Origin: Cetorhinus maximus
Taxonomy: Eukaryota
Assembly (NCBI RefSeq): GCF_964194155.1
Contig: NC_135899.1
Location: forward strand, 62,000,001 to 62,064,000
DNA: 64,000 nt
Direction of reading: 5' to 3'
The position numbers and the translations under genes were made by a program. The notes under the pieces were generated by a model. The model was not told where the DNA came from and ran no database searches. It saw nothing but the letters and a program-made list of their open reading frames with translations. This document shows positions 23,876 to 35,508 of this stretch, piece after piece (the first letter of the stretch is position 1; the number at the start of each line of letters is the position of its first letter).

Positions 23876-25368
23876 AAGATGATGAGGTTTTACCTGGAAA
23901 ATGCAAGTTGGTTTGGGAGCGGGTGACTGGTGAAAAGCGCTGAAGTTAATAGTGCCGTCAGGAAGTCCGTCACTGCCCATCGACTTTTACTTTTAACTAC
24001 AGCGTGCTCAGCCACGTGCAAGAAACTCTCTCGGGAGAGGCAGGTTGCCAATTTAAATGTGTTAAGTGTGATTAGCAGCTATTTGAACTGGGCTTTTCAA
24101 ATCTAACTCTTTAGTGCATGGGTTCCTGGGGTTCCTGGAACCTGTCGGTGTAAGCAAGGTGGGAAGACAGCAAGAATTGAGGGGGCTGACCAAATGGCAA
24201 GCAAAAAAAATTCCTCTAAGTGCTCAAAACTCACAGTTGTTTCCTTGTCTAAGTGAAAGGCTTTTGCTCACAGGGCTTGTTCTGAGAATGTACTTCACTG
24301 CTTTGGAGGTGATTTCTAATACTATGGAGGTCATTTCTGCTACTTTGGAGTTTTGTGCTTCTGATCTGCACTTTCCATCTGTTAACTGTCATTTGAGCAT
24401 GGAGCTTTACCTTGAACCACAGATGAGCATGTGGATGAGCAGCACCAGCAGCACAGCCTTCTCCTCCAACCTGTTGTTCCACAGGACAGAGGGGATAAGC
24501 ACAGAGGTGCACCTCACAGGAGCTGGTGCCCCCAACACAGGACAGACAGGCAAATGATCAGCTTCACGCATCAATGCCTCAGGAGGCTCAAGTATCAAAT
24601 CAGATGATCATTGGCATCTCCAACCTCCTGGAAGATGTCCTCCTACCAAGTGGACCAGGCGGTCACGCATTGCCAATGGCTGTCAAAGGTATCAGCACCT
24701 TTAATTTCTTTATCTCTGGCTCCTTAGATCTGCAGAAGATATTTGCAGAATCTTGCAATCTGCTGCCCACAAAAGCGTCTCGTAGGTGACCAGAGTCACG
24801 TTAGCTCGGGCTGGGGATTATGTGCATTTTGCAACCTATGAGGCCGGTTAGAATGAGCATGGTCTCAGCTTTGTGGCTCTGGCTGGCTTCCCACGGGTCC
24901 AGAGAGTCATCAATTGACACATCTGGTAATCAAGGTGCCCGCAGCTCACCCTGGAATCTGCGCTAACCATAAAGGTCTCCACTGCATCAATGTGCAGTTT
25001 GTCAGCAACCACAAACAGATCATCATGCATGTTTGTGCAAGATTCCCGGGGAGCTGCCCTGATGCTTTTACCCTGCACCAATAAACCCTCCTAAAGCTTT
25101 TTGCATCTCAAAGCAGAGTTAGCAGCTTGCTCCTTGGAGACCAGGGATACCCACTGGTGAGTTGGCTAATGACACTTGTTAGGAGCCTAGACAATGACGC
25201 CCAGCAGAGATACAGTTGAAGTCAACCAATCATAAGAGCTGTCACCTAACAACAATTAAAATGCTGAAGTTATGCTTTAGGTACATGGAGAGATCTGGGA
25301 ACGCTTTCCAGTATACACCTGTCCAGGTATCGAGAATGATAATGACGTGATGCACTTAGCACAATGTG

Positions 25369-26552
25369 CTGTATAAGACGACCCAGTGCGTAAGACGACC
25401 CCATTTTCTTTGGCCCCAAAAGTCATGGCCTGAATTTCACGCTGCTCCACTGGTGGGTCTTTAGGCGGGGTGGGGGAGCATGAAATAGCACAAATAGGTT
25501 TCTTGCTGGGTTCCTGCCCGCCCCGATCATTAAGCGATTTTACAATGTGGTGGGTGAGGCCTCAGATGGGCCGCCCTTCCTTGCCCCAATTTAGACCCTT
25601 AAGTGGCCTATTATTGACCACTTAAGGGCCATTTCCTGCCTAGCCTTAATTTTTAGACTGCTGGGATTATTCCCTGGGTGTGTGGGAAGCCTGAAAATGA
25701 TCGGGGTTAGGTCTTGGGCGGGAGTAAGGGGGGGCAGGTGGGGAGAGGGCGGCATTCATCAGAAGCTCCTTCTAGCTTTGGGCACCTATGGATGCTGGAT
25801 CTCTCTCCCTGCCACCCTGGCTTCTCCTCGAACAACCAAATCCCCCCCTGCACTATACTCCTCTTAGGCATTCCCTACCCTCCCTGCCCTGAGACCCCGA
25901 AAAGTCACCTTTCTGTGTACTTCCAGGACTTGGACTCCATGACCTTCATGAAATTTCACTTCTGTCCACTGCAGCTTCTGTCATTGCAGGGACCAGAGAG
26001 TTGCCAGCCAATCAGTTTGGCCGGCAGCTATCTAAGGCGGGACTTCCTCCTGAGTGAGGGGTGGAGCTCCCGCCTGCAGCCAATTAACTCTCATTGGAGT
26101 GTGAAATGGCTGTGGGGCACTCAGCATTGACGAGGAGGTCTTCCTGCCAACTCTTCGGATGGCGGGATGGGAAACCCCACCATCAGGAACATCCTGGCAC
26201 AGGATTTTGCGTATACTCGGCGTATAAGTCAAGCCCCCTTTTTAGCCACGACTTGCTACACGTACATTGGTAGTCAGCCTCAATTTTTCACCCCATAATA
26301 AGATGTTTTACTTCCTGGTACCTTATAACTGAGTGCAAGGGATCAAGCAGCTGTTATGGGCTGTGTTGCAAAGATGTGTGAGAGTTTAAGACATGCCCAC
26401 AAAGAGCAGACCCCCTATGGTGAACAAAAAGATGGGGAACATCCACACCCATGGCAGCAATTTGCTTTTATACTCGCCATATAAGTCGACCCCCTTTTTT
26501 TGGAGGGATTTATTGAGGCTTCAAAAGTCGACTTGTACGCTGACATCTACAG
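25369..26552. mobile_element. Tc1/mariner-superfamily (pogo/Tc2-like) non-autonomous element inside the Harbinger transposase
   Basis: Repeated GCGTATAAGWCGACCC-type motifs. Right end GTCGACTTGTACGCTGACATCTACAG is followed by TA. The left end is degenerate. Confidence 0.6.
25427..26199. mobile_element. Harbinger-type MITE (family shared with 62124-62834)
   Basis: Ends GGCCTGAATTTCAC...GAACATCCTGGCA with near-TSD CAT/CAG. The internal hairpin cccttaagtgg...ccacttaaggg also occurs at ~62283. Confidence 0.65.
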
Positions 26553-26882
26553 TACAGCAGCAATGAGGACTAGAGTTACAGGAAGAAGAAGGTGCTCAGC
26601 GCATTGCCTCTTTGGATGAGGAAGAAGAGGAGCAACGTGAGGGGGAGGAGGAAGGTGATGTAATAAGGGCACCAGCAGCAGTGCACATAGCTGCCTGGGA
26701 TAGTCTAATTCCGGCAATGCAATTAAACTGAAGCTGTGATCCCATCCGACAGGCGCATTCTGAACCTGCTTTATTCCCCATCCACTAACACCAAGCAGTT
26801 CTACAATCAATCATATCCCTGTTACCTGTTGTTCGTCTTTCACTCTTGCCTTACTATTCTTCACAAGTGAGTAGGGCACTTG

Positions 26883-26983
26883 AATAAAAACAGAAAATGC
26901 AGGAAAAGCTCAGCAGGTTTGGCAACATCTGTGGAGAGAGAAACAGAGTCAATGTTATGAGTCCATATGACTCTTCTTCAGAT
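26883..26983 (-). mobile_element. Penelope-like tail fragment (hammerhead GAAA box mutated)
   Basis: Reverse complement of the 16564/51820 tail, flanked by a CACTTG direct repeat. Confidence 0.7.
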
Positions 26984-27219
26984 CACTTGCCCGGCAGTAG
27001 GGAAAATAGGAATATGGTGCCAACAAGTAATTTTAATCTTACAGAAAAATTAAACAGGAACCAAACAATCTAACAATACCTGAAGCACCCATTTGCATAT
27101 ACCATGCAACTACAAATCTTAATTTCTTTTTCTATTACTCCATCGTGGTGTAACCCCTGTGGCTTCAGCAGAAGTTAATGAGCAGCAGCTCTGACTTCTG
27201 AGTTGCTCTTCTTTTATAT

Positions 27220-27640
27220 ATATTCTTTCATGGGATGTGGGTGTTGCTGACAAGGCCAGCATTTGTTGTCCATCCCTAAGCCCTTTAGAAGGTGTTGGTG
27301 AGCTGCCTTTTTGAACTGCTGCAGTCCATGTAGTGTGGGTACACCCACAGTGATGCTAAGAATCCTTCAGGATTTTGATCCGGTGACAGTGAAGGAACAG
27401 AGGTATAGTTGTATATTGCTGAAAAGAGAGATATGTTGCCAAAGCTTTTCATCTTACACCCAAAGGGATGAACACAAGAATGCCAAATTTCAAACGATCT
27501 CAACAATTTATACTGCAGGCTAAAAGGGCCTGTTAGCAATATTCAAGTTCTGTGCTGCCAAGTGACTGAATGAGATAGCTCCGAGAAAGGATGGTATGTG
27601 GCATGGAGGGAAACTTGCAGGTGGCGGTGTTCCCATGCGT
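27220..27640 (-). mobile_element. CR1/L2-group LINE 3' end (same family as 15170-15980), interrupted at ~27395-27585
   Basis: Motifs catgggatgtgggtgttgctg...ggccagcatttgttgtccatccc...gcaggtggcggtgttcccatg. Confidence 0.75.
27414..27530 (-). mobile_element. Penelope-like family B pLTR fragment
   Basis: Homologous to 40794-40900 (-) and 41715-41813 (+). Confidence 0.65.
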
Positions 27641-27844
27641 GTTCAGCAATAAGTGTTCATTAACTACTAGAAACTATAAACAAAGGTACAGTAAAGGTCC
27701 AAGCTTGGAGCTGTTTCCATGCTTGCTTCTACACACTTCTCTGTCCAACACTACACTGGCCCCTCGGTGTGGGTCATGTGTTCCCTTACATCACTGTGTG
27801 GGTGGTACTGTACTCAATCCCACATTAGCCCCTTTTGTGCCAGA

Positions 27845-28810
27845 CCCTTATACTACACGCCCCTCTAATCAGCCAATTATTAACATCTCTTCTAAGGGAA
27901 ATAGGTCCTTCCTGTCCACTCTGTCTAGGCCCCTCATTGTTTTATACACCACATTAAATCTCATTTCAGCCTCCTCTGTTCCAAAGAAAACAAGCCCAGC
28001 CTATTTAATTATTCCTCATAGCTAAAATTCTCCATTCTTGGCAACATACTTGTTAAATGTTCAGAACTGTACACAGTACTGCAGCTGATGTTTATACAGT
28101 CCTAGCATAACCTCCCTGCTCTTATACTCTGTGCCTCAGCTAATGAAGGAAAGTATTTTTTTTTGTCTTTTTAAACACCTTATCTACATGTCACGCTCTC
28201 TTCACTGATCTGTGGTCTTTCACTCCAAGGTCCCTCTGTTCCTCTGCAGTTCAGCATCCTACCATTTATTGTGTATTATCTTGCCTTGTTTGCTCTCCCC
28301 AATGCAATACCTCATAATTTTGATTAAATTCCCATTTGCCACTTTTCCGCCCACCTGATCAATCCTTTAATACCTTCCTGCAGAGTACAGCTTTCTTCTT
28401 CATGATAAACCACATGATCAATTTTCGTATCATCTGTAAACTTCTTAATCATGTCCCCAAATCTAAATCATTTATATATACCATGAAAAGCAGGGGATCT
28501 AGTACAGTGCCCTGCACAAAAACACCCATTGGCTATTACCCCTTGCTTCCTGCTACTGAATCCATTTTGGATCCAACTTACCACTTGCCCTAGAACCCCA
28601 AGGCCCTTTACTTTATCGAATAGTCTCCCATGTGGGGTTTTGACAAAGCCATGCTAAAATCCATATAGACTGCTTCAAATGTGATACCCTCATTGACCCT
28701 CTTTGTCACCTCCTCAAAAAAAGCAATTAACTTACAGACAGACACAATCTTCCCTTGACAAATCCTTCTTGACTGTCCTTGATTAATCCGGGCCTTTCAA
28801 AATGACAGTG
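27845..28810 (-). mobile_element. CR1 LINE RT/3' fragments
   Basis: Minus-strand RT motif GLIKDSQEGFVKGRLCL, followed by CR1-like sequence. Confidence 0.75.
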
Positions 28811-31800
28811 AGTCTTGTGTGCCATTTGACTGTGAAATTTAATTCTGTCAACAGGTAGTTGGGAAGTCCTCATCTCTCCAATATTTGGTTTAGAATCACT
28901 GAGGGATAAGTGTGATATTGCATTAAGATGAGGGTGAGTATCGGTGGTGGATGTGTGGAAGTGCATCTATAGGGATAGGTACATCTGTAAGATAAGTTTG
29001 TGTGAGTGGTGATGTGCAAGAGTGGGATTGGGAAAGAAGAGTGTGAAGGTTGGGGTTAGATGCACAGTAGGATGTACTGGAATATGCCATTGGACTCAAC
29101 TTTCCTGACCTGATTAGGTCATTAAACTTCTCTTGGCACCCAGGAGCATGGCTGCACCCCTGCTCATAACCTCTCCTGTAATGTCCAGAAATGCCTTTTG
29201 AGGTGGTCTTCTTTCACCCATCAGCAGGAAGGAGAAAGCTCCTGCTGGCCCTTACAAATGCAGCGGGGGTTTGTGGGGGGCATCAGTGAGGCAAGTTGCA
29301 GACTTGCTATGTCGGGAATTCGTTGCTGCAGTTTTTTCTTCTTTTCAAACACCTGGACAATCGTTCAGCTTTCTTCTTAGCAGGGTCCCTTTAAATATTT
29401 CAGCTGAAGTGCACTCACCCAGATTATCATCATACCTGCTCACACGAGTTGGCCAGGAAACCCTAATTCAGATGTCACAGTGGCTGGGTTAAAAAATCAC
29501 TGACAAATGTGTGGCTGAAATCTTCATGTTCCCCACAAGCTACTGGGCTGCCCTGCTGCCAGTGCATCAACAAGTTAAAATCTAGTCCAATATATAAATG
29601 TGAAACCTGTTTAGCGAACACTTTTGAACAAAATTATTTTGAGAAAAGAAATTTACAGAATGGAAAATGTTAATGCTGGTTCTAATTATACATAATTCTT
29701 AAAATGGTGATTGGTAGTGTGACTATTTTAGTGAACACGCTGAACAAATTCCTTTTATAAAACACCATATGCCAATTAAAAAGAGGGGAGTGAAACTCAT
29801 TTCATAAAATTTAGACAAGAAAATTGGGGACATGGTAAAACATTTGAAACGTGCAGCTTGTCGTTTTGATTGAACGCTTTAGTTCCTTTTGGGATGGTTC
29901 TATCACTCTGTGCAAATTGACTAGTATCCGAGGTTCCTGTGACTAAATCAAAGATGACAGTGCAGAGGTGTTAAGATGAGAAACGTGCCAGGTGTTTAAA
30001 GAGTCTTTTGTGGTTCACATCACTTATCCATCTTAAAAGGAGAGATAATACTCTATTTAAGTTCTAAGACACTAGGTAAACTGAGTGGACAATTGAAATG
30101 TCAACTGCTGCAGCAATGTTCATTCTGAGGAGGCACGATTGGTTTTGCATCAGTTGGCACCATTATGTTTCATATTTAACCATAATCACTGAGGAGTGGT
30201 GTTCCATCAAATGCAAGTTATAGAAGTGATGTCATTGTCAAGTACAGCCGCCTGTCATTGATGTGAACAAAAGATCGGCCCCTCTTGTGATCACTTCATT
30301 GCTGGCAACTGGTGATTTTGTGCAGTGTTGATCCTATGACCCTGTGCTTATCCACAATAACATAGAGCATGGACTGGTGGTAAAAATACACCATTGCAGC
30401 CCTGATTCTAGGACCTGCCTCTGTCTGCCAGCTTTGCCTCAGTGGTACTTTTGCCTCTCCTGGGCTTGAGCCCCATTTTAGGGTTTTGAGTATGTAATCT
30501 ACACTCACACTTATGTGCAATACTGAAGCATTGCCAATGAGGGTGGGGTAATTTTGAGTTTAGCGCCAGATTTTAACAATTGAGCATTTAGGTTTTCAAA
30601 AGCCCAAAATGCGAAGCTGAGACTATCAATGATTGGATGTATCAGACTGGACACATACTCACCAAGGCAGAAGGTACACTGATGCAGTCATTCCTAAGGG
30701 TCAGGTGGTGTGTTTTAACTGTATCACTTGGTTTAAGCTGTACCACCACCCATCAAAGTGACTGGAGTCTAATTTTAGAATGCTATGTATGTCACTCTAT
30801 GTTTGAGAGAATTTTAGTGGAGAATTTTAGCTATGAAGAATGATTGGATAGGTTGGGCATGTTTTCTTTGGAATAGAGGAGGCTAAAAGGAGATTTAATG
30901 TGATGTATAAAACTATGAGGGGCTATGTTTTTTATAGAATGTTCATCAGAATTGCCTTATAATCACAAATATTGTAAAGGAAAAGAGAAGAAATTATGTA
31001 TTGTGACTGATGAATGTTCATGCTATTAACAGTGCTTCACTCCGTAAAACTGCTCATGGGCTTCATGTAGGGAGACATTAAGCATTATGATTCGCAATAT
31101 AATTCTTTGTTTTATTTTCAGATCACTTTTTTATTTATAGAATCATAGAATGGTTACAGCACAGAAGGAGGCCATTCGGCTCATCATGCCTGTATTGGCT
31201 CTCTGAAGGGGCACTTCACCTAATGCCACTCCCCTGCCAGATTTTTCCTTTTCAGATAATAATCCAATTCCCTATTGAATGCCTCGATTGAACCTGCCTC
31301 CACCACACACTCAGGCAGTGCATTCCAGATCCTAACCACTCACTGCATGAAGTTTTTCCTCATGTTGCCACTGCTTCTCTGCCAATTACCTTAAATCTGT
31401 GCCTGGTTCTTGATCCTTCAGCCAATGGGGACTGTTTCTCCCTATTTACTCTGTGCAGACCCCTCATGATTTTGAATACTTTTATCAAATAATCTCTCAA
31501 CCATTTCTTCTTGGAGCAAAGCAGTTCCAACTTCTCCAGTTTATCTATATAATTGAAGTTCCTCACCCCTGAAACAATTCTCGTGAATCTTTTCTGCACT
31601 CTCTCTAATGCGTTCACATCTTTCCTAAAGTGTGATGTCTAGAACTGGATGCAATACTCCAGTTGAGGCCAAACCAGTGTTTTATACAAGTTTAACATAA
31701 CTGCCTTGCTTTTGTACTCTTATGCCCCTATTGATAAAGCCTTGGTTACAGTATACTTTATCAACTGGTCTCTCAACTTGTCTTGCCACCTTCAATGATT

Positions 31801-32774
31801 TATGCATAGATACACCCAGGTCCCTTTAGAATTATACCCTATATTTTATACTGTGTCTCTGCTTTCTTTCTACCAAATTGAATCACTCCACACTTCTCTG
31901 CATCAAATTATATCAGATACTTGTGTGCCCATTCCACCATCCACCAACTTGCCTATGTCCTTTTGAAGTTCTATGCCATCCCCCTCATAGTACACAATAC
32001 TTACAAGTTTTGTATCATCTGCAAATTTTGAAATCGTGCCCTGTACATCAGTCATTAATATGTATCAGGAAGAGCAGGGGTCCTAATATTCACCCCTGGG
32101 GAATCACCTTCCTCCAGTCTGAAAACATTATTAACCACTACACTCTCTTCCACTCAGCCAACTTTGTATCCATGTTGCTACTGTCCTTTATATTGCATGA
32201 GCTATACTTTTGGTCACAAATGCCTTTTGGAAGTCCACGTATGGTGTATCAACAACATTACCCTCATCAACCCTGTCAATTACCTCATCAAAAAACTCAA
32301 GCAAGTTAGTTAAACAAAATTTGCCATTAACAAAAACATGCTGGTTTTGCTAAATTAGCCCACATTTGCCAAAGCCACTATTTATTTTTGTCTCGAATTA
32401 TCATTTCTAGAATCTTCCCCACCACCGAGGATAGACAGACAGGCCTGTAGTTGTTGGGCTCATCTTTATGTCCGTTTTTGAACAAAGGTGTAGCTTTTGC
32501 GATTCTCCAGTCCTCTGGCCCAATCCCTGAGTCTAAGGAAGATTGGAAAAATATGACCAGTGCCTCTGTAATTTCCACCCTCAATTCCCTCACTTCCTTT
32601 GGAAGCATCTCATCTGGTCCAGGCTGCCTATCAATTTTAAGTACACACAGCCTATTCAATACCACCACCTTATCAATTTTAAACTCTTCAAGTGTGTGAA
32701 GTACCACCTCTTTAACCATGATCTGCGCAGCATCTTCCTTGATGAAGACAGATGTAAAGTATTCATTTAATACT

Positions 32775-32950
32775 GGGTCGCTGGTCAAAACTCTGGAACT
32801 CCCTAACAGCACTTTGGGCGTACCTACACCACATGGACTGCTGCAGTTCAAGAAGGCAGCTCACCACCACTTTCTCAAGGGCAATTAGGGATGGGCAATA
32901 AATGCTAGCCGAGCCAGCGAAGCCCACATCCCATGAATGAATTAAAAAAA
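32775..32950 (+). mobile_element. CR1/L2-group LINE 3' tail inserted in CR1
   Basis: Sequence gtcgctggtcaaaactctggaactccc...ctcaagggcaattagggatgggcaataaatg...catcccatgaatgaatt plus an A-run. Confidence 0.8.
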
Positions 32951-34232
32951 ACTCAGCTATGCCCCCTGCTTCTGTGTGTAAATCCCATTTTTGGTCCCTA
33001 ATTGGTCCAACTCCTTTTATCACCTGTTTACTATTTATATCCCTATAGAAGACTTTAGGATTCCATTTTACACGCCAATCTCTTCTCATATACTCCGTTT
33101 GCTTTCCTTATTTGCTTTTTCAATTCCCCTCTGAACCATTTATGTTTGGCCTGGTTCTTAGCTGTATTATCCACCTGACACCTGTCATAAGCACACTTTT
33201 CCCACTTCATCTTCATCTCTATCTCTTTTGTCATTCAGGGAGCTCTGGATTTGTTTGCCCTATCCTTTTTTTGTGGGAATACACCCTGACTGTACTTTAA
33301 AGGCAGCCAATTGTTCAATTATAGCTTTGCCTGGCAACATTTGATACCAATTGATCTGGGCTAGATCCATTCTCACCCAATTGTAGTTGGCTTTCCCCTA
33401 GTTACTTATTCTTACTCTGATTGTTTCTTGTCCTTTTTTACAGCCAATCTGAAGATTATGATACAATCAACACTGTCCCCTAAATGTTCCCCTACTGACA
33501 CTTGATCCATTTGGTCCACTCAGTCCAAAGAACCAGGTCCAGCAGTGCCCCCTTCTTGTTGCACTGGAAACAGACTGCTGTAGAAAATTCTCCTGAACAT
33601 ACCCTAGGAACTCTCTGCCCTTTACACTACTACTATCCCAGTCAAATCTAGATTATTAAAGTCCCTCATTATAACAGCTCTATAATTCTTGCATTTCTCT
33701 GTAATTTCCTTACAAATTTATTCCTCTACATCCTTCCACTAGTTGGTGGCCTGTAGGCTACACCGAACAACGTAATTGCAACTTTTTATGTTCCTTAGCT
33801 CTAGCCAAATATATTCTGTCCTTGATCCCTCTGAGACATCCTCTCTGTCCAGCATTGCAATGTTCTCCATAATCAATACTGCCAACCCTCCACCCTTCCT
33901 TCCTTTCCTGTCTTTTCTGAATACCCTTTATTTAGGAATATTTAATACCCAGTCCTGCCCTTCTTGGAGCCAGGTCTCCATTATAGCCACAGCATCATAT
34001 GTTCACATGGCTATCTGTGCCTGCAACTCACCAATCCACGCTCTGTGCATTCACATACATGCACAGGAACCTCTGTTTAGACGTTATTACTTGCCTCATT
34101 ACTCTGAACCCACCTAATAACTTACTAATTCCTACTCTAGTGCTATCTGTCTCTCCCAGTGTTCTCTGTACCTTGACATTTGTACCTACTATTACCTCTT
34201 GGTTCTCACACCCACACCAGGTTAGTTTAAAC

Positions 34233-35508
34233 CAGCTTTTTCCAACTTTTTTCGCATGGGGGAGGGGGAGCACATTTTAATTTTTATCACACTTGGGGGG
34301 TGGTTGAGCAAATTTCAGAAAGATAAGGTTTGACAACATTAAACATGAATATCAAAAGAAAGCTGGCATATGAAAAGAAACAACTTGCTGGGAAAAAATG
34401 TCACAATAAATTGACAGTTAAAAAAATGAATAATAAATAAAGTCAACATTACAGTGTGAAAGGGTGAGAATGTGTGTGTCCCGCTCACTCCAGTATCAGG
34501 GTGCTCACTCACTCACACCCACCCATTGTGGGAGTGGGTGACAGTGCATGTTGGTGTGCGGGGGTGAGGTTGAATGAGAATCCTAAGACTGGGAGTAAGC
34601 TAGACACACACTCTCGACACCCTCTCACNNNNNNNNNNNNNNNNNNNNNNNNNNNNNNNNNNNNNNNNNNNNNNNNNNNNNNNNNNNNNNNNNNNNNNNN
34701 NNNNNNNNNNNNNNNNNNNNNNNNNNNNNNNNNNNNNNNNNNNNNNNNNNNNNNNNNNNGCACTCACACCCTTCACACACACACCCCTCAGCCACCTTCA
34801 AAACCACCCACCCTCAAACCCACCCACTCACTCGGGAATCCTCACACCCACCCGCTCACTCAGCCAACCTCACACCTACCCACTCGCTCGGCCAACCTCA
34901 CACCCATCCATGCACCTGACCACCCTCACAAACCCCACTAACCTGGCCACTTTCACACACACCCACTTACCCACCCACGTTCACACTCGCTCATTTATCC
35001 ACCCTCACACAAGCTCACTCACCCACTTTCAATTGGCTTGGGGGCAGGCGGGCAGGGGGTGGTGGGAGACTGGAAGAGAGACCTGGTGCAAGGCCTGAGG
35101 CCTAACAGCACCTGAAGGTGGGTGGCCACTCAGGGGGGCACCAAGAATCGGGGGAATGCGGGGATAACCAGGAGAATGCGGCTAGAGCCAGTTCAAAGCA
35201 CCAGGAGCAGAAGAAAGCTGCCGGATCCATGGGAAAGCATTGTGAGCGGAGGCCCAGCGCGCTCCGGAGTCTCTCTATGTTCACATACCCACAGTTGCCA
35301 GCGCTTGCTGCTCCTCTAATCACAGCCTGTTGGTTGCTGATAGGGTTAGTGACCCTAGCAGCAGCAAATGCGAGAGAGAAACAGACTGTCATTGGAGGAG
35401 CAGTCCCCTGCAGAAATCTTCAAACTCACAAACCCGTCTTTCTGGCATTTTCAACAATCGCTCCATGGGCCACATTGAGGGGCTTCGCAGGGTGGTTGGA
35501 CAAGCCAG
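34233..35508. mobile_element. hAT (Charlie-like) non-autonomous element
   Basis: 8-bp TSD GTTTAAAC (34225-34232, 35509-35516). TIRs CAGCTTTTTCCAAC and GTTGGACAAGCCAG. CR1 sequence is continuous across it. Confidence 0.8.
34629..34759. other. Assembly gap (131 N) in CA-rich low-complexity sequence
   Basis: Run of N flanked by cac/cacc repeats. Confidence 0.99.

Larger units (their letters stand above)
23880..29588 (+). mobile_element. Decayed Harbinger/PIF transposon 1, heavily nested
   Basis: HARBI1-like motifs on + at 24600-25365: GHALPMAVKG...NFFISGS, AGFPRVQ, NHKGLHCINVQ, ARFPGSCPDAF, LGDQGYPL..WLMT. A Myb-like remnant (KFNDLIRSGK) lies on - near 29095-29340. Right terminus is TTAAAATCTAGTCC; the left terminus is approximate. 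Confidence 0.75.

Noticed and set aside
34474-34941. ORFs containing X runs
   Set aside because: Artefacts of the N gap and low-complexity CA repeats.
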